Assembly: GCA_013239625.1 (NCBI GenBank)
Contig: MU053431.1
Coordinates: forward strand, 682,001 to 746,000
Direction: 5' to 3'
Length of the DNA stretch: 64,000 nucleotides
DNA from: Lama guanicoe
Lineage: Eukaryota
The notes beneath the pieces were generated by a model. That model ran no database searches, was not told the origin of the DNA, and saw only the letters and a list, made by a program, of their open reading frames with translations. The position numbers were made by a program, and so were the translations under genes. Positions 12,101-22,110 of the stretch are shown here, piece by piece; positions within the stretch are counted from its first letter, which is position 1, and each line of letters starts with the position of its first letter.

Positions 12101-14491
12101 GTTTTAAAACATTTTAACTAAAGCAAAATATAAACAGACTTACCAAAATTTGTGAAACTCAGTGAAAGCAGTGCTTACAGCATTGAATGCATATGATGGA
12201 AAGATCTAAAATCAATAATCAAAGTTTCCACTTCAGAAAACTAGAAAAGAAGATAAACATCAAATCCAAAGGAGGCTGAAGGGGGAAAAAATAAGAAATC
12301 AATGAAATTAAAAACAGGAAATCACCAGGAAAAAAATCAGTGAAACCAAAAGCTGATACCTTGAAAAGATCAGGAATACCAACAGGCCTCCAGCCAGACT
12401 AACCAAGAGCGAGCGAGGGGACACGAGGTGCTAACAGCACAAAGAAGCAGAGGACATCTCTACGGCACCACGGACGCTACAAGGCTAACCTAGGACTGTT
12501 GTCAACAGCTCTGTGCCCACGGATTGGATAACCCAGATGAAGTGGGCCAGTTCCTTGAGAGGCACAATCTGCCAACACTCATGTGAGAAGAAACAGACTA
12601 TCTGAACAGGCCTGCATCTATTAAAGACATTAAAGAAATAGTTAATAACCTTTCAGAACAGAAAGCACCTGGCCCAGATGGGCTCACTGGCGAGTGCTGC
12701 CAAACATTGGAGGCGGCAAGTCAAGCCAAATCTCCAGAATCTCTCTCAGAGTTTAGAAGCAAAAGGAACGTTTCCTAACGCGTTCTATGCGGATAGTGTT
12801 ACTGTAACGCCCAAACTAGACGAAGACTTTGAAAGAAGAGAAAACTACAAGCCAGTATCTGTCTTGAACATACAGTGAGCATCCTCAGCAGCACGTTAGC
12901 TAATGAAGCCCAAAAGCGTGTAAAGTGAGTTCCACACCTTGACCGAATGCAACTCATCCCATGTACGCAAGGCCGGCTCAGTACTCGAAAGTCAGTTAAT
13001 GTGAGCCATCATCTCAGCCGACCACCGAGGGAAATCACATGGTCGCATCAAGAGACGCAAAAAAAGCATTCAACAAAACCCAACATCCGTTCGTGGTTAA
13101 AAACACCCTCTCAGTAAACTAGGAATAGTGAAGAACTTTCTCAACTTTACAAAGAACACCTGCAAAAAGCTGTCATACTTCGTGGTGGGTGGGACACCTG
13201 AAGCTCCCCACTAAGAGCAGGTACCAGACAGCGATGTCCCCTCTCATCGCTCCTTTGCAGCATTGTACCAGAAGTCCTTGTTAACGCCATTTAATGAATT
13301 TTAAAGAACAGGAAATAAGATGTATACAGATTGGGAAAAAAGACATAAAACTGTCTTTTTTCACAGATGACATATCATCTATGAAGAAAATCTTAAAGAA
13401 TTGACCAAAAATACCCACACACACAAAAAAAAAAACCCACAAAAAAACCCCTCTCCTAGAACTAGTAAGCAATTATAACAAGGTTGTAGGATACCAGGTT
13501 ACTATACAAAAGTCAGTTGGTTTCCTACGTACCAACATTAAACAAGTAAAATTTGAAATTAAAAACAAAATACCCTTTATATTAACACCCCAAATGAAAC
13601 ATTTATGTATAAATCTAGCAAAATTAATGTAAGATATATATGGAAAACTGTAAAATTGTGATGAATGAAATCAAAGAACTAAGTAAGTGGAGAGAGATTC
13701 CAAGTTCACAGATAGGAAGACTCAATTGTCACCATGTCGATTCTCCCCAACTTGACCTATAGATTCATCGCAATCCCAGTCCAAACCCCAGCAAGATCTC
13801 TGAAGGATATTGACAAACTGATTTTAAAGTTTACATGGAGATGCAGAAGGCACAGAATTGCCCACTAAACAGTGCTGGAGAAGAGCGAAGTCGGAGGACT
13901 GACGCTGCCCAACTCAAGCCTTTATGAGGCTAAGTAATAAACACACTGGGGTCCATCCAGGCAGTAGAATATTATTCAGCACTAAAAAGGAATGGGCTCT
14001 CAAGTCGTGAAAAGACAGGGAGGAACTTAAGCGCATGTTACTAGAGAAAGAAGCCAGTCTGAGAGTGCTACAGGCTGTCTGACCCCATTTCTATGACATT
14101 CTGGAAAAGGCAAAACTATGGAGACAGTAAAAAAAAAAAACACTAGTGGTTGTCAAGGTGGGGAGGGGGGGAGGAGTGGTCCCCCAGAGCACAGAGGCTT
14201 TCCGGGCAGTGAGGATGGAATGTTACGACGATGCGCGCGTGCCGTTACACGCCTGTCCGTGGCCGTGGAATGCACAGCTCCAAGCGAGCCCGAATGTGAA
14301 CTGCGGAGTCTGGGTGACGATGCTGCATCTGGGTTCATCTCTGGTTAAAAGAAAAGCCTCACTCTGGTGGGGGATGGTGATGGGGGGCAGTGCATGTTTG
14401 GGGGCAGAAGGTATATGGGAAATCTCTGTACCTCCCCCTCAATTTTGTTGTAAACCTAAAACTGCTCTTAAAATAAACTTGTTTTAAAAAG
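9154..14491 (+). mobile_element. Decayed near-full-length LINE-1 (L1MC-type): 5'UTR, ORF1, inter-ORF, ORF2 with internal deletion, 3'UTR
   Basis: L1M-like 5' region from ~9155. ORF1 remnant ~9950-10800 (RILYPVKLFFKSEGE-like at ~10625). ORF2 endonuclease remnant (KQDPAPCCLQETHFKYKDT, ORF 11355-11591) and RT-upstream remnant (GTFPNAFY..SVTVTPKLD..RRENYKPVS, ORF 12678-12878). L1MC1/2-like 3' end TATATGGGAAATCTCTGTACCT...AAACCTAAAACTGCTCTTAAAATAAA at ~14410-14490. Confidence 0.93.
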
Positions 14492-14579
14492 CAAAGAATT
14501 AAGCTTTTAACTCAAAAGTTAGGAAAAATCAGGCCTACGATGCTCTGTGTTCTCACTCTTTATCAAACACGTGAAGCGC

Positions 14580-14670
14580 TATTTCTTGAATCCTCGCAAT
14601 GGCAGTTTGAGGTAGGGACCCATCACCGCCACTTTTACCGACGGGGGGCTCAGAGTGGACCAGTCAGAGG
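14580..14670 (-). mobile_element. MIR fragment
   Basis: TGAATCCTCGCAATGGCAGTTTGAGGTAGGGAC...CCACTTTTACCGACGGGGGGCTCAGAG. Confidence 0.5.
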
Positions 14671-15579
14671 CCGGGACCCCTCAGCCTGGGCGCGAGGGAG
14701 CAGGGGGCCCAGCAGGCCATGTGCCCCAGGCCGGGCACCCCCTCCACCTTGCTCCATGCTGCCCCCCCAAGCAGGACGCCCAGCAAAACCCAGAGGATGT
14801 GGAGGAAGGAGTGACTGAAAAAGAAAGGAAACAACAAAACAGAAAAGCAAAAGCTGAGGTGACCAAGGGAATCACGATTTGGGGAGGTGTCCGTGCTCCA
14901 GCCCTCCCTCCCCCTTCCCCACTCCGCCCTCCGGAGGCTGCAGCTCGCCCCCCGCCCCCAACCCCACCCCGTCCCTACACCACTCGCTGCTGTGCGGGCG
15001 CCAGGGGCTCTCCTCGGTCTGCACCTGCTCGGAGCCCGTGTCCTCCCGGCCTCAGTTGCCAGCGCTGTCCTCAGGGAAAGAAGCTCCCCCCCCAGCCCTG
15101 GAAGAAAGCGTGAAAAGAAATAACAAAATAGGAACGCAGAAGACAGAATGACTCAATAAAACCGCAATACGGTTGTTTTTTAAAAACAAAATTAAAAAGA
15201 TACAAGCCTTGGGAACCAAAAGCAGGGCATACTGAAATAAAATCTCAGTTTAGAATTCAGGATTTGGGCCACGTGAGGCGGGCAGGGGGCTCTTGGCCAC
15301 CTATCTTGCCGGGGATTGGGCCCGGGGTGGGGCTGAGGGTCCCCCACGAAGGGCCAGGTCCACAGAGCACGAAGCCAGACGACGGTGGCTCAGGTGTGGT
15401 GGGTACTTGCAGACACTGACCTCACTCACTCAGTGTCAGCTTGACGCAGGGGAGAGTTGCGCTCCGGCAGGCCTGAGGGCGGGGCCCCCCTGGGGCAAAC
15501 CTGCTTCCAGCTGGAGAAACTCCCCAGCGAGCCTCCCCCAGCCCACCTGGGATGTCGGGAAGAACTGGATTCCACCTGC

Positions 15580-15695
15580 TGGGCTCTCTGGGCAAGTCCC
15601 TCATCCCCCCAAAGTCCCCTCCTGAAGCCTCAGTCTTCTCATCTGTCAAGTGGTGCAATATCTGTAAAATGGGAACAGTAATAATACAATCATTA
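15580..15695 (+). mobile_element. MIR fragment
   Basis: GGGCAAGTC...GCCTCAGTCTTCTCATCTGT...ATCTGTAAAATGGGAACAGTAATAATAC. Confidence 0.7.
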
Positions 15696-17329
15696 TTCTA
15701 TTATTATAACAGATGTTATTATATAACATGGGAATAAATAATACACTTCAGGTGGGGACGGCTCATGGTACGCGGTGCACCAGCATTGACTAATGTCGCT
15801 ATGTGACCTCATGTCCCTGCCACGGCACCCTTCGGTGGGCTGGCGCCATCACATGTGCTGATGAGAAGATGAGGTCCAGGGATGGGGGGACCCTGCACCG
15901 ACAGAGTTTGTGGCCAGCCCTCAGCTGGACTTGTTGTCCAAAGCTCTTGCAGGTAAAAACACGGGCAGGAACATGCCTTTCTGGTGGCCCAGCACTGAGA
16001 GTAATAAAGTCACATGATTTGGCGTTCTATCAGCTGGAAACCCTTATTAACTGGTGATCACACCATACAGAGATAATTGATGTTCATAAGGAACTTAATT
16101 GGAATTAAGTTTAAAATAGCTTTAGTGTTAAGTGCATTTTATTCTAATTCTTTGGAAACTGGTCATCTGTGTACAGTAGAGGAGGTGACGAGAAAACATG
16201 CTTCATGACAGCACTCAGGCCAGACCCTCCCCGACACCCGAGCTCCCTGAGAGAGAGCAGGGGAGGGGGCCCGACATCTCCCTCACTGGCCTCCCCGCCG
16301 GCGTGGGGCCGAGCACAGAGGGCTCCGTGAATGCCTGCCGAGAGAACAAAGGAGTGTCGCGATGCTGTTGGGAACCCAGCTCGGGAGACAGAGGCCACAC
16401 CCCGGAACGGTGTGCTGGGACCCTGCTACCCAGGCAGCAGCTGGCAGGCAATCTCCGTGGTCACGGCTGAGAGCAGCACCCTGGGCTCACGGGGGGGCTG
16501 ACAGGCTCTGTGTGGAAGCGGCGTTTTCCGTCCATCAAGGCACCAGCAGCACATGCGTGGGCTCACGCTCGGGGCAGAGACCACAGGCTTAGTTCTCGTA
16601 AACAAAGCCAGCTGCTGGGGACGGCCCGTGGATCAGGTCACAGACCCAGAGCAGCGAGCAAGGGAAACGCGAGGCTGGACCTAAAGTTCAACCCAACTTC
16701 GCATCGTCCTGGGATGCGGACGTCCCGGGCTCCCCCAGAGGTGGAGGCACACGCACCTGTCCTGCAGGAGGTCACCGTCTGGTGACGAGGACAGACGGCG
16801 CTCCTCTTCTGCTGAGGCGCTTCATCCACGCCCGGCGGGGACCATCCGTGGCCCTGGACCCGGGGGCAGTGCAGTCCGGACCTCGGGGGCCCCCGCCTGG
16901 TGGGGAGGCCAACATTCACTAGCCGTGGCAGCAGGGGGACGCCCGAAGGGTGACATGAGAACTCGTCATGGGGGCTTGACCTACGTGTAGCTGCTGGGGA
17001 CACAGACGCTGCAAAGTGATAGCCAAGCAGGAGGGAGACTGGGCGGTGGGGGGAGAGCGTCTCAGAAGGAGGGGAGCTGTCGTCTCAGAGGGAGGTGCCC
17101 TCTGAAGGATGGCGTGCGTGTCTGGAAAGCGGGGAGCCGGGGCTAGCGGGGGACGAGTCCGCACCCCGGGCTTCCTGGCCTGTTAGAGCGGCAGGTCCCC
17201 GTCCTCAGGGCAGGGGGGCGTCTGCACCTCTGACCCTGTGGCCTCTCGGGGCACTGCCGCCCCGTCTCTTTCCTGCACACCTTCCTTCAAATTAAAGCCA
17301 GCCTGGCCGTCTCCGCCTCCCCCCTCACT

Positions 17330-18260
17330 CCGCTTCCCCTCTTTACTTGCACTCTGCCTCCTTCCACGAGGACGTGCGCCCCCAGAGGCCACGGGCTTTG
17401 GGGGGAGGGGAGGCGGATTCCCCCCCCCCTCCCCCGGTTTCATCTTCAGTGCCGCTGGGGGCGATGGCCTCTGGGGGCTCCGAGTTTTCGCGCTTGTATC
17501 TCAAAGGCGAGGTCAGCAGCAGGAAATCCAGAAGGTCTGACAGTCGCCGGAGCAGAGGGGGGAGGCCGCTCCAAGCAGAAGACTCAGACACACTGCTCGG
17601 GGCGGGGGTGGCCGGCAGCTCGGGGGCAGAGAGCGCGCTTAGCACGCACGAGGTCCTAGGTTCAGTCCCCAGCACCTCCATTTTAAAAAGCAAAACATTA
17701 AAAAATTTAAAAAAAAAGAACCACCACGGGGCTGTGTGAGGGCGCAGGGAGGAGTCCTGAATTAATGATGATGCAGGTCGGCGTGTGGATTCCTCAAGCA
17801 GTTCTGGGGAGCTTGGGTGCGCGTGTGGGGAATGCGGACTGTTGCGCTGACCCCGGGACGTTCCCCAGGGAAACAGGGCGGCGCAAGGAGCCGGGGCGGG
17901 GAGGCCGTGCCGAGGAGGAAGAGACCGCGCGGGTGCGGGCAGGGGGGAAGATGAGAGGCTTTCGTCCTGGGGCAGCGAGGAAGACGAGGACGAGAGGGCC
18001 GGCAGCAGGACAGCGTCAGCATCGCCTGGCGAAGAGGAGCAGGTGCGGGACTCGGCGTCCAGGGGCGGCAGCGGGGCAGGTGGCCCACCTGCCTCGTCTC
18101 CAGCCGCGCCGCCGCAGCCGCGGCCGCTCTGCTTCTGCAGGAGCAGGGCTGCCAGGACTCCGAGCTCCCCGCGGGCGTGCTCGCCCCGGAGACGCGGGCT
18201 CGGGCGTTCAAGACGCCGGTCGGTTCTCCAGTCTCGACCACAGTCTGCGGCATTCCTGTG
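17330..18260. promoter_or_regulatory. CpG-island-like region
   Basis: Very high GC with dense CpG (e.g. GCCGCGCCGCCGCAGCCGCGGCCGC at ~18103) and a GGGGCGGG GC box at ~17893. No recognisable first coding exon. Confidence 0.5.
17599..17718 (+). mobile_element. tRNA-derived SINE, camelid Vic-1-like
   Basis: AGCTCGGGGGCAGAGAGCGCGCTTAGCACGCACGAGGTCCTAGGTTCAGTCCCCAGCACCTCC has degenerate A and B boxes and is followed by an A-rich tail. Confidence 0.85.
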
Positions 18261-20091
18261 GTCGCCCTTATGTCAACGAGAGGGAGACAGGCTTCCCCCA
18301 GGTGATGAACAGCTGGCTTGGATGCCAGAGAGGGGCAAGCGCGTCACACGGGGAATTCACAGCAGTCTCGGGAGTGACGCTGAAGGAGCTTGGAGGGGGC
18401 TGCACACCCGCTGCAGGGTGCATGGCCCTCGTCCGAGTTCTCCTTGCCAGCTGGGCACTTTGACACCCCGTGCCCCCGACCCCATCCCTCTGACTCCTAG
18501 GATAATCTGATAAAACAGGCACATGTCTTCCAATTCTGTAACATTTTCCCAGGCTCGACCTCCGGGAATGCACGTCAGCCCTCTCTTCCATTCTAAGAAT
18601 CAACTCCATGAAGTAAGGGAAGCTGGGAAGAAAGCTGGAATTGAAAAATGCACTGGGCGGGGAAGTCTGTCCAAGCCCTTACAATGTGTCTGTCCGTGAC
18701 GTGCACCAGGCCTGAAACTCAGAGTCCCCAGGGTGTGTTTTTATTCTCTCAAACTGTTTGGAAATATCCTCAAAGGCTGTTGAAACCAGTAGCAATTGCA
18801 ACTGCTACACATGTTATTAGCAGTTAACAGAAACACATTTAGCACGTAGGTAATGCACCCAGTTGATAAATTTGCAAATTGAATTCAGTGAAGTGAATTA
18901 TGTCCGACTTCAGGGATTCAGTCCTGCAGCAAAGCGTTCATGTCGTGAACTGATTGACCGCAAGTTAGTTCTGGGTGAAAAGCTTATCTTCCCACTTAGC
19001 CACAGACCCTCGCAACCACACTGCCCTTCTCCAGGGAGCTGGTCCTCTGCTATCTCCAGACGTGTGTGTGTTCCATTCAGAGCCTCGTTTCATCGTTTTG
19101 ACTTTACCAGTTGGTGGGCTGCCCCGTGAACGACTCTGCTAAGCATTATTTGGTCAAGGAGTCAGTTCCTCCTCCTTTCCCACTGAGACGTGAAATGAGT
19201 GCTCTGCCCCCCGCCCCAGAACCACAGTGCGGTCCACCGTCAGATGCTGTTGGCATCCTCGACTGTGCAAACGTGGGTCCCTGTTTGGCCATTGACAGAT
19301 GTTTTTTCCGCCAGAGTTTGCAGCCCGTCTGCCCTCTGTCCCCACACAGATGTGATTTAGGGCGTCCTAAATCAATCACCGTCCTGGGCTATCAGCTAAC
19401 AGATGTCCTCTTTAGAGAGTCGAGTGCAAACAGTTAACCCACAGATCTCTTTGCCTTTCTTTTTTTTAAAGAAGTGCCAGTTGTCTGCAAAGATGCCAAA
19501 TGACATGAACGTTGTTTGGGCGTTGGGCTTACGGACAGATCTTCCCTGGACAAAATAAACGTGGGTGGGGGTGCCCAGGCAACGCTCGCTGCGCAGACCC
19601 CGGTGCCAGCCCGGGACGTCATCGGGCGGTAGACGCACTGCAGAGCCTCCGAAATTAATCATGGCTGTTGGCATTTTAATAAACAGTTGCTTTCGAAAAT
19701 GCTTTGAAATGAACATGATCATGACCACAAAACCTTGCTCAGAGAAGACGGGGGTTATAAAATCTGCCGGTTATGAAAGCAAAGTGAGAACAAACTTGAA
19801 AGTGATTCTTCAGGAGACTCCATCAGGGAGGAGCCCGACACGTGACCCGAAGCGCCTGGTCGTGAGGCTGGGCCCAGAGGGACACGCAGAGCCGTAGAAA
19901 ACGCGCGGGCACCCGACTCGGGGCTGCACTGACTCAACACGCGACCTCAAGGGAGTGTCTCACCTCTTCTTCCACAGCGCAGGGACATGGCAGCACCACC
20001 CGGCGCTTCTGCGGATGTCTGTGAGACGATGGATGTGAGCATCCTTTGAGCGGATAAAGAGGCCCCCAGCATAAGCGAGCGTGGGTCCTGC

Positions 20092-20770
20092 TGAAACGGA
20101 GCAGGGCCCTGTGGGGCCTCCCCAGGACGCACCCTCCTCCGTCCTCTACCTGCCTCTTTTCGGTAGAAAATCTTTAGTCAAAGAGTCGGTTTAGTCGGAG
20201 AAGTCAGGAGATACAGGAAAAAGTCAAGCCAATCAGAGGAATAATAGTTTAGCCATTAAACCGAGTCACAGACCTTTAGTTTCTCCTCAAGAGCTGTAGA
20301 CAGTCTTCTGAGCTGTGTCCTTTGAGCTGGTTTGCAGAGACGGAGACCCTACCGGAGGGGGGGGGGCGTGAACCCCGTGATGACCAGACGGGAGCCAAGA
20401 CAGAAGCTGCCACAACCCCGAGAACTGGCCTCCAGGAAACAGGAACAAACGAGCCTGGAGCTGAAGGCTAACTGCACTTACAACAGTCAGCGTGACACCA
20501 TGCCTGATTCCAAGGCACCTGTCAGAGCTGCCTTGCTGCGCCGCACGGAGCCCCTCCTCCGCCTGCGCACCCCGAAAGTCCCCCTCAGAAGCCCGTACCC
20601 ACTGGCTGCCAGCGATGGGGGGTGCTGGCCTGGGGGCAGGAGTCCGTCCCCCGCCCCGTCTTGGGATGCCGGCCTCGGGAATGAAGCACCTAACTTTCTC
20701 CTGACACGTGCCTCTCTAAGAGTTGGCTTTCGTTCGAGCTGCGAGAGGCTGGACCTGCATTTCGGTAACA
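20092..20770 (+). mobile_element. ERV class I-type solo LTR
   Basis: Starts TGAAACGGAGCAGGGCCCTGTGG and ends GGACCTGCATTTCGGTAACA (TG...CA), resembling laurasiatherian ERV1 LTR termini. Flanks CTGC/CTGT form a 4-bp TSD with one mismatch. No internal gag/pol. Confidence 0.75.
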
Positions 20771-22029
20771 CTGTCCCCACTCACGTCCTCCAAACGGGAC
20801 TTGAAGGCAGCTCCACGGGCAGAATAAGGAGAATTCCAGGAAAAGTCAAACCTGCGCTTCTCTGCCTGGTTACCTGGGATAAGACTCTGCTTCGCAGACA
20901 AACTCCCGTGGTGATAAATGGAAGGTCGGAAATGATTCAGAACAACAAAATGATCCAATGTTTTGCCATCCGTGAGCCTCCTCTGGCTGGGATGCTGCGA
21001 AGGGATGGACCAGGGACCCCTCCGCCTAGCAGGACTCCACGGCCACCTTCCGTCCCCGAGGCCGCTGCGCTCCAGTAACTGCCCCCTCCCCCTCTGCAGG
21101 TCCCGTACTGTTCCTTGAGGACACAGCTCCCCACAGACAGGAGAAGGGAAAACACTCACCCAGAGGGAAACACAATCCCTGGGTGACTCACCCCCAGGTC
21201 CGAACAAGAAGATGCCGCCTGGAAGCACGGGGTCCGGGAGCCCGGCCCGCTCCGGGGGAGGGAGTCAGCCGGGGCCACTCAGCCTGGGCCCTCCGCAGCC
21301 ACACAGGCTGGAGGTCAGGCCTCCACCCTGCGCAGCTGGAGTTCAGCAGCAGTAGGCCTGGGAGGAGGCCCCCCGCAGACCCTTCGCGTGGCTTAGTGAC
21401 ACGCGAGAGATGCTCTGAACTGGCCGCTGCGCCCGGCTGGCCGAGGGTGCCTCGGTCTGCTCCGTGGGAGCCTCCCCGCCTGGCTCTGCGGCCCAGCGCA
21501 CACCATCAGCCCTGGGTCGGGGCAGGTTTGGCCGCCGTGGCGTTGGTTCATCACAGACCGTGGACTGGTAGGAACTTCCCAGGCCTTGCTTGAGGCCCCC
21601 GGGCCTCTGTGTGACATCTTTGGGGCGCCCTGGAACCAGGCCGGGGGACGTCAGACGGGAGTGGGGGCAGCTGCACCACCCGTGAGAGCACGACCCGGCT
21701 ATAAGGAGCGAACGGCTGACTAACCCAGGGGAGGCGCCAGCTAACTGCACCGATGCTTTAGCGCCCGTTTGCCACCCGCCCGTCGACCTTCTGTCCCACA
21801 GAGAAACGAACAAGGTTGCCTAAAGAGAAAAGAAACCAGAACCATTAATTAGCTTACGTGTAAGTTTCAGACCCTGATGTTCATCAGGTTGAATTCGGAA
21901 GCTGAGAGGCCAAGGAGAAACCAGTCTCCACTATTTCTCGGAGGCCGAATGTCGGTGTTTACAGAAGCCTGAGCAGAACCCGGGGTCTGAGATCTGGGAG
22001 CGGGCGGGCTGAGGACAGGTCGGCCGTGT

Positions 22030-22110
22030 GCTGATCACTGTTGAGTCTGGGGGATGGGGTGGGGGTCGTGGTACCATTCTCTCTCCTTTCATGTTAGAAA
22101 TGTTTAGTGA
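22030..22110 (+). mobile_element. L1ME-like extreme 3' end
   Basis: TGATCACTGTTGAGTCTGGGGGATGGG...TACCATTCTCTCTCCTTTCATGTTAGAAATGTTT. Confidence 0.5.

Noticed and set aside
11355-12878. L1 ORF2 peptides as functional CDS
   Set aside because: Fragmented by stops and frameshifts; a dead element.
17599-17680. tRNA gene
   Set aside because: A/B boxes are present but there is no intact cloverleaf, and an A-rich tail follows, so it is a SINE.
17765-18463. 232-aa Arg/Gly/Ala-rich ORF starting ATGATGATG
   Set aside because: Stop-poor CpG-island sequence with ORFs open in several frames and no recognised homology.
20332-21078. 248-aa ORF as a possible retroviral gene
   Set aside because: Lies across an LTR and its flank, with no gag/pol/env motifs.
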